Below are positions 51,834 to 64,000 of a DNA stretch of 64,000 bases, piece after piece. The stretch's first letter is position 1. Every line of letters begins with the position of its first letter. A program made the translations under genes and the position numbers. Under the pieces are notes generated by a model. It ran no database searches and was not told the DNA's origin. It saw only the letters and a list, made by a program, of their open reading frames with translations. The DNA is from Marsupella aquatica (taxonomy: Eukaryota > Plantae > Marchantiophyta): assembly GCA_973895155.1 (NCBI GenBank), contig OZ316893.1, forward strand, positions 27,164,110 through 27,228,109, given 5' to 3'.

Positions 51834-54800
51834 TTGTGCCCCCTCGTCGGCCTTCTACCTGGCTCTCCGCCCTTACTCCGGTGTAATTCCAGCAAGCAGA
51901 CATACCTTGCTCGTGCATGACTGCAGGCTAGAAAAAAAATCAGGTTGCCTTCCATTCCGTTCTTGCCTGGAAATTTGCAGCAACTGGGAAATCAGCTGCT
52001 CGTTTGAGGTTGTCAATTTTAACATTGCAGAAAACCTTGGGTTGAAGAACGTAAAAGCTATGTAATTATGAACTCATTAAGCGTCAGTCTTGATGGTACC
52101 ATCTTACATATGTATCTTGATGGTTCAGATTCGCCAGGATAAGGTTACTACCAAGTTATGCTATAAATGATAAAATCAAATGAATGATGTCTCTCACAGT
52201 GAAAAAACCCTTTCAAACATTAAATCCCTTACAAGATACACAAAAGGTACAAATTCGTCCCATCCAAGGCACGAAGATTGACAGAGAACGAACAGCAGGT
52301 CACAGAACAAATTGACTAAAATATTTACAGTGACAAGACGACGTTGCCATGATAAGACAAGAAGGCAAATACTGTGGAACCTGTAGTGCATTGCCAAATC
52401 TAGTATTGTATACATTCCCTACGGCAGGGCTCACTCCCACCGATTTCAAGCTTCACGGGAGCTTGGTATCTTTATCTGGTTTATTATTTTTACAGGTGTA
52501 AAAGCATGGGGGGTTGAATACTTTGAGTGAGGAAGTCATGATCCCCACCTGTACTTTCAATGCCTCAGTTAGAGATCAGGGAAGCAAAAAAAGAAGACTT
52601 ATACCAAGATGTCCCTTGAAGCAAAATCTGATTGCTTAGAGCACCCTAAGATTCAAGCCTTCAGTTTCCAATCACAAATGATTCCGATAAATGTAAGTTA
52701 TTTGCTAAGCAGGTAAATATGTTAGCAACAGATGCTGTGATTGGATTCTGACTGAAAGAAACCCTCGACTAGACCTTGAGACTTTGGACAGGAGCACCTC
52801 ATTTGCAGCTTCCAACTACAGTCGATCACGTCACCTGGCACTTTTCTACAGGAGTTACAATTACAAGGACACTCTTACATCTTGCGTTATCAATGTGCCC
52901 AGTTTATGGAGAAACTGATGCAACTAGGACCTCTGGAAGTACACACCCAACACATTGAGGAAGAGTTTCTGGAGGACCTTCGCGAAACACCCTCATATAA
53001 CAAACTGTCGAGGTCCGCAGATAAGAACAGCCTGCCAGGTTAAGTCACGAGGTTGAGGCACGAGCTTCGACTGAGGACTCGGCCACTGACAGAGATTTTA
53101 GAAAATCCAGCCGAACCCTGACCAGACAGTCCATAGCGCAGAGTTTGATTGGTTTCCTTTGATAGTTGGACTATAGATAGAAAAGAAATGATCGGTTACA
53201 TACTTCAATAGTCAATTGTTTCACTTCCGTCAACCAGTCAATAATGCCACTCCTCCCCTGGAGCATGTCCTAGTGCCTTGGTACATTCTACCTCTGGAAT
53301 CAAAGCAAACATCTTTAGTGGCAAAGAAATTAAAACCTGATTTACACAATGTTGTCTTCGTAATGCCATACCGTATTCTTTCAAGCTATGTTTCAGCTTG
53401 TCATAGTTACACCCGAGCTGCTGAATTTGTTTCATTGTGACATTTCTTTATGTAATACTATCCCCGACTATCCGTTCTTTGAACGTGAATAGCGGGGGAG
53501 TACAATAAAAATGTCGCCAAAATGTATTCATTATTCACATATTTTGAAGGTTAATGAAATGATAAAAAAAATTATCATGCATATCATCATTTTAATAATC
53601 AGACATAACATACCATAGTACTCTTTTCTATGCACATCCCTAATTTTTCTATCCTAGATCACACTTATGCACATATAATATGGTGGGGCCATAGAGATCA
53701 ATTTTTAATATAAATAGAAATCATAACAAAAGGCAGTTATGATTATCATTTGACATGACATATATCATAGACATCAGTTTTCTCATCATTCCACATGATG
53801 AGTCATGGAGTTACGGTCTAGAGTCTTCACTTTAGAAGCCTAGGTCCCAACTCTAGCTTGTAGTTGCAGATTTATAAGTAAGATGTTAATCAAATCAGAA
53901 TCATCATGTTTTCCTTAAATTTGCAGCTAATAGCTCACAACAGCAAAGAAGGCAAACTCATCAACGATTGTCAAGTGAGGTAGCAAAAGATGGTTAATGA
54001 TAGAGAAAACAGAGCTATTTGAATCACTGAACATTAAGAAACAACTCAGATGCCCTCTCCGTGGGGTTCAAGCTGAATAAATAAAAATTTAAAAAGAAAA
54101 AAAGAAAAAAGAAAAAGAAACAACTCAGATAAGCTTTGTCTGACCTTCCACTTGTGTCCAAATATATGCAAAAGTAGGGCATATCTTTTTTGGTTCAGGT
54201 ACAACCAGGCCAGTGACCAAAGCTATGTGGTCACAATATCTTGAGGCTGCTAGTTTTAGTGCATGTAGGCAAATCCTCTTTGTGAACCTGCTAGGGAGTT
54301 AACTTGGGAGCTCTACCTTGGGAATACAACAATATACATTGGGTAAATAGGCAAGCCCTAGGCACAAACACAGTAGCACACATCAGACGTAACACAATGT
54401 GTAGTCAAGCACATATTATATGTAGCACAATGTGTAGTCAATGAGCATTTGCTTTTTCCCCCTATCTTACTATAAAAGCACAAACTGAAGTCTACTCTTA
54501 AGGGCCTAGGTCAGTAGGACTGGTCTAGAGTGAAGACTCTAGACAGTAACTCCCAATACAGACAAAGCTGATAATGAGTTTCAATAAAGTCAAAATTTTA
54601 AATGATTATAGACAAAAGTGACATTTACTTTAAATAAAAACTAAACTAAAATGAGGATGGACAAAAAACAAGGATAAGTCAAACACCAACCAAAATAACA
54701 TATAAATTGCATTGTGCAAGATTTCACTTCATATCTATTTACATTCAATGACAGGTCATGGAACTAGTTTACCTAAAATCGCGAGGGCAGAGGGCCAAAT

Positions 54801-54842
54801 TCTTGAGGGCTCCCCACATACAAAGCCGGCTCTAAAAGTTGG

Positions 54843-55145
54843 CCCCAAACCAGTCCAAGGCAAAGTTGTGCTATATACCATGGGGCCATATTTCTACTTG
54901 TGATGACGAATAGGTCTTGTCCATGACTAGATTTGATAAAAGTTTACCCTAAACCAGTCCAGGGCAAAGTTGTGCTATATACAATGGGGCCATATTTCTA
55001 CTTGTGATGACGAATAGGTCTTGTGCATGACTAGACTTGATAAAAGTTTACCCTAAACCAGTCCAGGGCAAAGTTGTGCTATATACAATGGGGCCATATT
55101 TCTACTTGCGATGACGAAGAAGTCTTGTGCCTGACTAGATTTGAT
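54843..55145. repeat. 104-bp tandem repeat, about 3 copies
   Basis: Units start at 54843, 54947 and 55051 (CCCTAAACCAGTCCAGGGCAAAGTTGTGCTATATAC...). Confidence 0.92.
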
Positions 55146-56059
55146 GCTCCACAGCCAACGCGATCCCGTATTGTGGTATTCTCCTCCGGTAGAATACGGT
55201 TCAAACACAATGTACTGTACCGTAATCTGAACGGAAAAGTCTTGACTGCGTTGACCTCGAACTACGAGCGCCGTTCCCGAGCTCAGAGCGCTCGCCACGC
55301 GGCGATCTCAGCCGGAGTCTGGCTGACGCTCACGACGACTTTGGTCACCGGTCGACCCGCATGGGGCCCGCCATTCTTGTCCTCTTGCGCTCTGGATAGG
55401 ATGACCGGGCAGAACAGGACTGGACTGGGCCGGGTCGAACTTTTCTTCCAGGTCTAGTGAAGAAAATAAATTATGGAACAAGCGTGGATTTGAAGGCTTT
55501 GCCTTTTTTCGCGAGTGTGGCGAATGTCCTCTAGTGTATCGTGGGAAAGAGAAGACGCTACGAAGATTTCTAATCTACTTTTTGTAGATTAATTGGGAAG
55601 GAGACGATGCTACTTATGGTTGTCAAGTCTCCTTAGATTTAATTAACGTGACTGGTGTATTCCTGATAATGGGATCCGTTGGTAGGTGACCAACTGATTA
55701 ATTAATGGTGACAGAAAATCTAACACATTGTTGTAAAAAATGCCTAATTCTTTTTTTAGCGAGGTGGAATCTAGAGAAGTTTTGTCACGAAGGAAAAACT
55801 GTATGGAACTCCAGTGTAACCTTTCCCCTTGTTTCGCAAATGAAATGGAGGCACAACTGGACATAAAGGTTGTCCCTGCCCATCCCCGTGGTTGGCATAA
55901 AATCATCAGCCATATTACACTAAAAAAATTGGCTACATTTTGGATGAAATTTTGGAAATTACTTGTCATTTTGTGAAGGACAGCCTTAGTAAGTTGGGTC
56001 TGAGCAATGAATCTTCACTTTTGTGACAGACACCTTGAGTACATTGGACTTGAGCAATG

Positions 56060-56490
56060 AAGGACTCTTTTGGCAGCTCGGCTCAAGGAGGAGACCTATG
56101 CGATTCGTTACCCAGGGATCTTTTTTACCCCTTTGCCCTTGAGATCTTTGGTGCTCTCCACCCTTGTTTTGACCACTTCCTTTGGGTTTGCATTGTGTTT
56201 TGTATTGAGCGGAGACCTTTCCGCCCTGTTTCTGTCGTCATGGCTTTCTTTCGATAGAGGGTTTCAGTGGCACTTCAGAGGGCCTAGACTTTCATTATTC
56301 TTCGTAAGGTTGAGGCAGTAGGTTTTAGGGCCTCTAGGCAGATTCCCCTCCGTGACCCTCCTATGCGCTTTACTCCTGAGCTCTACCAGGTTTTTCAGTT
56401 TATTGTTTTTTGTTTGATTGTTTGCTTCTTAGTCTTTTGGTTTTTCTGGGTTACTCCTTGACTTGTTGGGCCTCGCGTGATATATATATA
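56060..56490 (+). mobile_element. 5'-truncated, decayed fragment of a related CRE-like element (endonuclease C-terminus and 3' UTR)
   Basis: AARLKEETY..FYPFALEIFGALHPCFDHFL..FFR*RVSVALQRA aligns with AAQTKEAKY..FLPLALEIFGRLHHQFDGLL..HFRQRISVTLQRA of the large ORF. A T-rich tail ends in (TA)n. Confidence 0.8.
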
Positions 56491-56825
56491 TTTTGTCATT
56501 GTCATTTTGTTGCCTGAGACCAATGCAAGATGCAATTCTGTAGCAAGGGCTGCCGTAGACATGCTGTACAACAACATCATTAACGTTTGTTCTGACAAAG
56601 ATTGAGATAAGGCAAAAGTGTCCTGCTCGAGCACCTACTGTACAATTGACACTACAGAAAACCAGGCAACCTAAATGAAAACAGTCTGACTGGTTGATTT
56701 TTAAATTAATTTATTTCCAGTAAAAGGGGCCGATTTACTGGAAAAGGGCCAAATGAAGTACCAAGGAGTTAAAGCAAAAGAACGTCAGAGGGACAAACAC
56801 CCACTAGATCGCCTTTTGATGAGAA

Positions 56826-57830
56826 TACCCTGAGTTAAATCTACGTCAAGTTAATGCTCCCCCACTTTCCCGGGGCGCCGTACACTGCCCGTCCCAATCC
56901 CCGATGCTGCTGCCCGCTCCGGCCCAAGTTTGGCAGAACATAAACCAATACTCTACGATTTAACGCATGCGTTCCGGTCCGATCGACTATGCGCCATCGA
57001 CTTTGGGTTTATGTTTTGGCACCCATCACTTTTTGTCGGCCGCTCCAGCCCGGTCGACTTTGTGTCGTCAGCTTTTTGGAAATAAGTGTTGCCAAGACAT
57101 AAACCACAACTCCATAGAGAATAAGTACTTGGCATAACATAAACCAAGAGTCTAACAATCATGACTCTCAACCAAAATATTAGGCTCCCCTTGAACACTT
57201 AGATTCTATTACAAAATAGGTATGACTCCATCGGAAAGAAGTGTTGCCAGAACATAAACCATGACTCCATCGAGAAGAAGCATTTGGAAAAACATCAACC
57301 AAGACTCTAGAATCATGACTCTTAACCAAAATACTAGGTTGTGCCTAAATGCTTAGACCTGTCTTACTAAACAAACATCACTCCCTTGGAAAGAAGTGTT
57401 GCCAAAACATTAATCACAAGTCCATAGAGGATAAGTATTTGGCACAACATAAACCAAGACTCTATAAATCATGACTCTTAACCAAAGTACTAAGCTTGCC
57501 TTGAACACTTAGACTCTCTTACAAAGAAAATATAACTCTGTTGGAAAGAAGAGTTGCCAGAACATAAACCACGACTCCACAAGGAAGAAGTCGATGACAC
57601 AAACTTAAGTCGTTTGGGCTGGAGCGAGCGAATGTGCCAAAACATAAACCCGCAGTCGATGGCGCAAAGTCGATCGGGTCGGAGCGCATGCGTTAAATCT
57701 TAGAGTATTGGTTTATGTTCTGCCAAACTTGGGCCGGAGCGGGCAGCAGCATTGGGGATTGGGACGGGCAGTGTACGGCGCCCCGGGAAAGTGGGGGAGC
57801 ATTAACTTGATGTAGATTTAACTCAGGGTG
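56826..57830. mobile_element. Non-autonomous foldback-type DNA transposon with ~240-bp TIRs, internal 155-bp tandem repeats and a 7-bp TSD
   Basis: 56826 to about 57070 is the reverse complement of about 57592-57830. Internal units start at 57084, 57239, 57394 and 57549 (last one partial). ATGAGAA flanks both sides (56819-56825, 57831-57837). Confidence 0.9.
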
Positions 57831-58993
57831 ATGAGAACCCTACCTGTCAAACTTCTTAGGTGTTTTTATTTTTCTACTAACTTAATGTTCATGCGTTGCA
57901 CTATTTTGATAGTAAATAATGTTTTAATGTTGTCGAGATCATAGAGATGGCCAGGTAAACTGACATGGGGGTGATTAGGCAAGTCTGTCATTTGACTATA
58001 GTGACTTTTCCGTGTCCAACTTGCCACTCTCCCCGTAGCTCACACACTTTTTGAAATCTAGTCTATTTTCAATTTGTTGTCCCTTATTTTGAATTAGTTG
58101 TTGGATATCAGGGATTATTATTTGTATGCAGAATCTTTCCCTTTATTTGTACTTTGTTTTCCCTGATTTATAAATTCTGATGCGCCTTTCGTCTTTGTAA
58201 ATTTTGCTCAAAATTTTACTGGAAATATTTTGTTTTTGGTTTGGATTAAAATTAACCCTCAGAAATAACTAAATATTTATAAGCTTATATGTCATTGTAT
58301 AGTATAGTGTTTACATGCATAAGCTGGTATGGGTGGGCCCAACTCATTTGTGTTTCATTCTATTTTTATACTACACACTCCATTTTCCATGAATAAAATA
58401 TTTCAATGGTTCTGGGTAAGTTAGAGATGTGATTAACTTTGACACAAATAAAACATTTCTTAAATTGTGAGGTAGCATTGTTTTGTGATAACCCATGCAA
58501 ACATTGAAGGTTGCCAACTTGAATAGAGCACCCAAAGTGAAACATTACTCCTTAAATAAACACACATAGGTCACGACCGATTGTCTTTGATGCAACCACT
58601 CCCCAACCACTCCAAATCTTTTCAGGAGAAAAATCTCATCTCCCAGGCTAGTACGTTGTCTAGATAGAGGTGACATGCATGAATGTATTCCAGGACAACA
58701 ACACATAAATGAGAGGCAAGAACCCTAAGCCAAATACTACTGTTATTTGTTTTAATTGACTGAGCAACGTGCAACAGATTGTTGGTACTTACTATACCTT
58801 GTTTCCAGCTAGGACCCTAAACCCTAAACAAGGTTTTTAATATTCAACACTAAGTCTTAGGGGTCCAGGCCTATGGCCCATCCTATGTGGATCCTACTGG
58901 CTAGTGTATCAGATATTTGAATATTAAAAAGAAAATGTAGGATTTACTCCTCAACCCGGTTGCAAGACTTGAGGTTTCCCTTTTATAGCTGCA

Positions 58994-59284
58994 TGTTGAG
59001 TATTGCTCTTACTCTTGTGACTCTAAAGCTAACCACAGTTTGGCTAACTCAAGTTAGGACTTAGCTGAGGTTAGCAGTGATGCATGCTGTATATAACCAG
59101 GGCTGATGTCAGCCCCTGGTAGATCTTCAGTTCTTTGTTGGAGTGGGCAAGAGAGAAGTAAAGGTCTCTTGTTTTCCCGTGGACGTAGCCTCAGTCGTGA
59201 GGTGAACTACGTACTCGCTGTGTCGACTACTTTGTATAGTGTTCACATGTGCATGGTGTCTCGGGATAGGGATTATCCCCAACA
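58994..59284 (+). mobile_element. Solo LTR (291 bp), copia-like
   Basis: TGTTG...CAACA termini, TSD CTGCA/TTGCA, TATATAA near 59088 and a U5-like CCCGTGGACGTAG..GGTGAACTACGTA motif. Confidence 0.8.
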
Positions 59285-59688
59285 TTGCAAACCTTGAAAC
59301 AAGTAAAGGAAAAAGTACCAATTATCAACTTAGGCCAAACAAAGTACAAAGAAATAAAAGCAAAAGAGGTCCAGAGAGGACAAACACCAACTCATGAGAC
59401 CAGGGCAAGTGCAGACCACAAAAAATCTAAAACAGGTGAAAATTAAGAGAGAATATACACATACTTTATATAGAAAAAGGCCAAATAGAGTACAAAAGAA
59501 TAAACAAGAGAGGTCCCAAGTGGACAAAACCAAACGCAAAAGAAGTGAGCAAAAGGAAACCCTAAAGACCAAGAAAGAGGAACTAAAAGAAGTGAGCAAA
59601 AGGAAACCCCTAAAAACCAAGAAAGAGTAACTAAAACTACCGCAAATGGACCGAGGTCCTCATCATACCTAGCAAATGTGGCTACAAG

Positions 59689-62600
59689 CTAGTGGTCTAC
59701 ATCAAGTGTCGAAACTAGATCGGCAAGTGGGACAGGAATGTCCTCTAGGGGGGCTAGCCGCTGCGGAGTCACACTAGCACCCACTGTCAGAGATCGACGA
59801 TAGACGGCCCGAGCTTGAGCACGCTGTAAGGTGACTGAAATGCGTTGGCGAAAGTGCGTGGTCAAAACAGATAGCGGGGGCCCGGTGGGACCCATCCGGC
59901 CGTGAACATCCCGAGCAGCTTGGCGAAGAAGCCCGTCGAACTGATGATGAAGACGCCCAAATATCTCAAGAGCAAGGGGCAGGAAGCTATCAGATGAAGC
60001 TCGTGCAGCATATTTGGCCTCCTTCGTTTGTGCTGCTCGTGATGCTGCTGCCCCTGCCGTTGTTGCCGCTGTCCCAATGATGTCTTGGCGCAATGGGTTT
60101 GCCACCACTACATCTGCCAAAGTACGGTGACCGTCACGGACCATGGTAAGATCCACCCGTAACCGCTGTGATGGAGGACCAGGTAACTCGAGCACCACCT
60201 CCCGCCGCGCGCAGACCAAAGAGCCAGAGAGAACCTGAGCAGTCGCATCTCTCACAGCGTCGTGAACAAAAATGGTTTCGCCGCCCAAACTGCATCGAAG
60301 AAGATGGACACCTGTGGCATCACAAGGCTTCCCACAAGTGCAAGTTGGAGGTAAACCAGCAAGAAGTGGGTGGGGCAAGCCCATACGAAGACGCATGGCT
60401 GTCGCAAACTCCGCTGAAGACATCCGCAGGTGAGGAATGACTGGATTGGCCTGAAGCCAGCCTCCTGCGCCCTTCCCTCCGGAAGAAAGAATCCGAGATC
60501 GGTCCGTGTCAGGTGCCTCGGTGAGGATGCTGGAGAGGGTGAAAGCGTGCATACGCCCAGCAAGGTCTGCCTGAAGACGGACGGGGTCCAAGGATAAAAA
60601 CTCCTGGAATGAAGGTAACGCAGCTCGAACAGGATCGGGTAATGATGACCGAGCCGTGCGCAAATGAACCTGAAATGGGAGGGAACCCTCCTCGACCTCC
60701 ATGAGAGATGAAAGTAAAAAAGGTCGATCCTCAGTAAGGAAACGATCTGCCAACAATGAGAAGGCGGCCGCCCACGCGCCCAAGAAGGCCAAAGGTGCAA
60801 GGCGCTCAGTGGAAGTAAGCCCAAAACCACCATGAGAAATAGGAAGACTGAGCTGTCGATGAAGCCACGGAGATGAGAGTAAAGTACCTGGCCCTAAAAG
60901 AGAGGCCAAAGTCTCACGAATGGAGACATCAAACGCTCGGAGGTGTAGAGAAAGATCCTCGGTAGGGGGATGTGTCCGAGCCAAATAGGACGCACGAGGG
61001 TGGATGCATCTCAATAACAACCCAAATGCTGCCTGAGAGTCTGCTAACTTAGGGAGCATAGGAGTAGGGGCTAAGGCATCCTGGAGAGCGTCAGCAATGA
61101 AAGATGAGCAAAAGGAGGCGGTACCGACTGGGGAGCCAAGGACCCGAAGACCGTCGGCAGGACGTAAGAACCCAGGGGGAAGCGCAAGATCAGAGGGTAA
61201 CCCAGCTGGACTCCATGCACGACTCTTGACCGGCTGTACTCGTAAACCGAGGCCCAACAAATGGGTGGAAAGGGTGGCGAGGGCAGAAGTAACAGCAAAA
61301 GGTGGACCAATGATGTGGGTGTCATCTGAAAGGGAGGGGAAGATACACTGGGGGTGGGCCGCGGAGGCTTCTCGTAAAGCAGTAAAATGGGCAATGGCAA
61401 AAAGAGGCCCACCCAAAGGGTCACCCTGACGTGTACCTTCTGCAGAAGAAAGAGTGGTATACACTCCTGTAGAGGTGTGATGACTATAGAAGAGGGGGGC
61501 CTCACACCCATAAAAACAACGGACAAAGGGGATAAGGGACTGGATGTCTGGATCCGCTGCCCTCAAAGCACGAAAAATTGTTGCCCGAGAAACCGTATTG
61601 AAAGCATTGGAGACATCAACCTGGAGGACAACCCAATCAGGGTGGAGGTCCAAGGTAGTACGAATACCCGCAATAACTGTCTCACAACCGCCAGGAACGC
61701 CCACTGCAAACTGATGTGGAGAGAGATGATCCGATAGTGCAGAGCGATACTGCGATGAAAGTGCGCGAGACACCAGACGAAGAAAGACCTCTCCAATAGC
61801 TATGGGCCGAACACCCGGTGAAGACTTAGCCATGGCCAATAAACGAGAAGCACTCAAAAGCCGAGAGACGGGAGGAGGCAAACGGCCGGCAGCAATACAC
61901 TGGCAAAAGGAGAAGAAAACTGGAAAACCAGACTGAGGATCCTCAGGGGGGAATAAATCACGAAAATGCTCAAAGACATAGCCAGAGGGGCCACCAGCCG
62001 CGCAACGCGGAGCATGGAGGAAAGCATAGGTGAAGTGGTCCCTACTAAACTGAAGATCCTCCTCAGGCTCAAAATCCTCCACGAACAAAGGGAGCTGATC
62101 ATAGGGCTGCGGATGGAGATCCTGAAGGGCCGTCAAGGTGACCTCGCCAGGGGGGGCTGGTGTGGTGGGAGAAAGGGCCTGGACCGCACGACGATATTCA
62201 CCAGCCTGGGCCAAACGACAAGAGCGACGAAGGCGTCTGTGCTCTGGAGGATGAGAGTGGCGAGCTGGGTCAGACAAAGCACGGGTAGTAAAGGAACGGG
62301 CTCGAAGAAAGTACTCTTCCTGAAGCTGTTCCCAATCTCCCCGCAGAAAACGATGGATACGAGAGGCAGTCTCACGATGACCCATGCGACCACCGTGACT
62401 AGGGAGGGTAAGAGTCCACTGTGGAAAAAGCATGAGTAAAGACCAATAGGAGACCTCGATAGGATGCGCCAAGATAAGCTGCATGAGTTGCAACAAGGAT
62501 GACCGAACTAATGGGCGCAACGCTAGTGGGATGTGGTTATAAAGGCGAGGTCTAATGTACCCTGGATGGTAGGCTGGAAGGGGGTCTAGAGAGCGAACCC

Positions 62601-63083
62601 AACTCCATGCCTGCTCGGAAGCCTCCAAGGAAGGAGGGGCAGAGCTAACTGGGTCAAGAGGGGGCTGGGGCTGGGATTGGGCTTGCTGGCGACGTTGGCA
62701 CCGGCCCCGCCCGCGGTGATGAGGAAGGGAGAGGCCAACCCAGCCACACTCAGGACAAGTATGCAGGGGACGCTCGTCTGGGGAGGGAGCAGGGACCGAC
62801 TGGACAGGAGGTGGGGGGGGAACCGACGTGGATGAAGAGGCCGGAGGGGATGCTGGAGGGGTGGAGGGGGAATGGGCTGGGGAGAGGAGCCAGGGCGTCG
62901 ATGGGGTGGGCAGTAGACTGGGGGGACTGGCAGAACATCGGGCATGGGGTCATCACGAAGATGAGAGAGATCCAATGAAGAAGAGCAAACACGAAGGCGA
63001 CCACGAGGCGGGGGGGAGGAGGGGGGAGAACTGTGTGGGGGGGCTGGGCGCTTGCCCCGCGCCAACACTCTCAACGTAGACAT
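59689..63083 (-). mobile_element. CRE-clade-like non-LTR retrotransposon ORF (Zn finger, RT, CCHC, restriction-like endonuclease), with one frameshift near the 5' end
   Basis: RT: VRPIAIGE, HQFAVG, DVSNAFNTVSR, GTRQGDPLG, SLSDDTHI, LRVLGSPVG. CCHC: CTCGKPCDATGVHLLRC. Endonuclease: HDAVRD..RVDL..ADVVV..TKEAKY..PLALEIFG. The frame stays open upstream to 62949 and includes CPECGWVGLSLPHHRGRGRC. The ATG at 63083 is in another frame. A T-rich 3' UTR follows below 59688. Confidence 0.92.
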
Positions 63084-64000
63084 GACAGGTCGCAACCCGA
63101 TAAAAGCAAAAGCGCATCAAGAAGCGACAAAAGGCCCAACCAAGACATGTGAAAAGAAAGAGAAGGCTATGGAGAGAGCCCACCGCGTCAAAATCCGAGA
63201 AGCGGCGCCCCCGCTAGCCTAGAAAACCGTTGAGCACGTGCAGGCACAGCCAGGAACAAAGCTGGAGCTCTCATCGATGTGTCCGTTGAGGAGTCGATGC
63301 GAGTGAATATCTCTCCGCTGATTTGAGCGTGCTGCTACAGCTCCCAAAGATGGTGGAATGCAAACTGGTCCACTAAACTTGGCAAAAACCACCTTGTCAG
63401 AACTGAAGAAGAAAGGCAACCACCAATCGGAGGAGAAACGTGGCAAGACAGGAATGCTCCAAAGCTGATCAAGGGAAACCGTCACCAAAAATGGAGGTGT
63501 AAATCAGAATCGTAATCGGAGCCGAAAGTGGTTGATATGTCACCAAAAGGACCGCGGTAGGGATAGATGTTGCACTCCCGGACAAGAGCTGGCCAAATCA
63601 CATGAGAATGCCGGATTCCGTGAACGAGGAACTGCTACAGGACCCTAAAGCTAATTGAAAGTGAGAACGGTGGAAATTGAAGAAAAAACGTGAGAGCTAA
63701 TCAAAGTCCAATCGGGGCAATAGGAGACCAATTGGACCGCCCTTGGGATCAATCTGATACTCCCGGAGAAGAGCTATACAAAGCACTTGAGAAATCTGAA
63801 ATCCGTGAAAGATTGATCGAGATATGACCGTCGAAAGGAAGACGAAAATCGCAGAAAAATGACTGAAAAACGGCGAAAACGAATGTGACCATAAGTATGT
63901 TGATACGGCACCGTTTTGGACGTGTTTTATATCGATTTGATGCGCCTCGGCAAGAGCAAGCTAATGCAACTGAGAAAACTGGATTCCGAGAAAAACTGAG

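Noticed and set aside
51834-52500. TPP riboswitch downstream of the thiamine-salvage gene
   Set aside because: I found no CTGAGA...CCCTTTGAACCTGA-type core by eye. An Infernal search with the Rfam TPP model would settle it.
54843-55145. Regular repeats resembling a CRISPR array or a box C/D snoRNA cluster (TGATGA in each unit)
   Set aside because: Whole units are duplicated with no unique spacers, there are no cas genes, the context is eukaryotic, and no consistent CTGA D box or terminal stem is present.
57084-57590. 155-bp periodic array as a CRISPR-like locus
   Set aside because: The units are homologous along their full length and lie inside a TIR element with a TSD.
58815-58828. CCCTAAACCCTAAA as a telomeric target site of the CRE-like element
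   Set aside because: Only two units are present, they are not demonstrably at the element junction, and similar short telo-box motifs occur elsewhere in the window.
59330-59630. Lys-rich and Phe-rich ORFs
   Set aside because: They are compositional artefacts of the T-rich 3' UTR of the CRE-like element.

Overview
This is eukaryotic land-plant genomic DNA, probably a non-seed plant such as a bryophyte (inferred from gene style and transposon content). It has four host genes: SWI/SNF subunit SWP73/BAF60 (minus strand, 2 coding exons), eIF3b (minus, 10 exons, one GC-AG intron), thylakoid TerC (plus, 14 exons) and an intronless TenA-HAD thiamine-salvage gene of TH2 type (plus). Between about 13.8 and 35.6 kb lies a nested transposon island. 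It holds a decayed L1-type LINE, interrupted by a 4-kb solo LTR carrying its own ~890-codon gene and by a full-length Bianca-type copia element. Next to these is the most notable feature: a 5'-truncated Ty3/gypsy element whose pol frame carries a DNMT3-like C5 cytosine methyltransferase before RT and a PHD finger after integrase. The right end has a nearly intact CRE-like non-LTR retrotransposon with a restriction-like endonuclease, a second CRE fragment and a foldback element with a 7-bp TSD. Solo LTRs, a MITE and tandem repeats are scattered through the window. All exon boundaries and alignments were made by eye, and no database searches were run.
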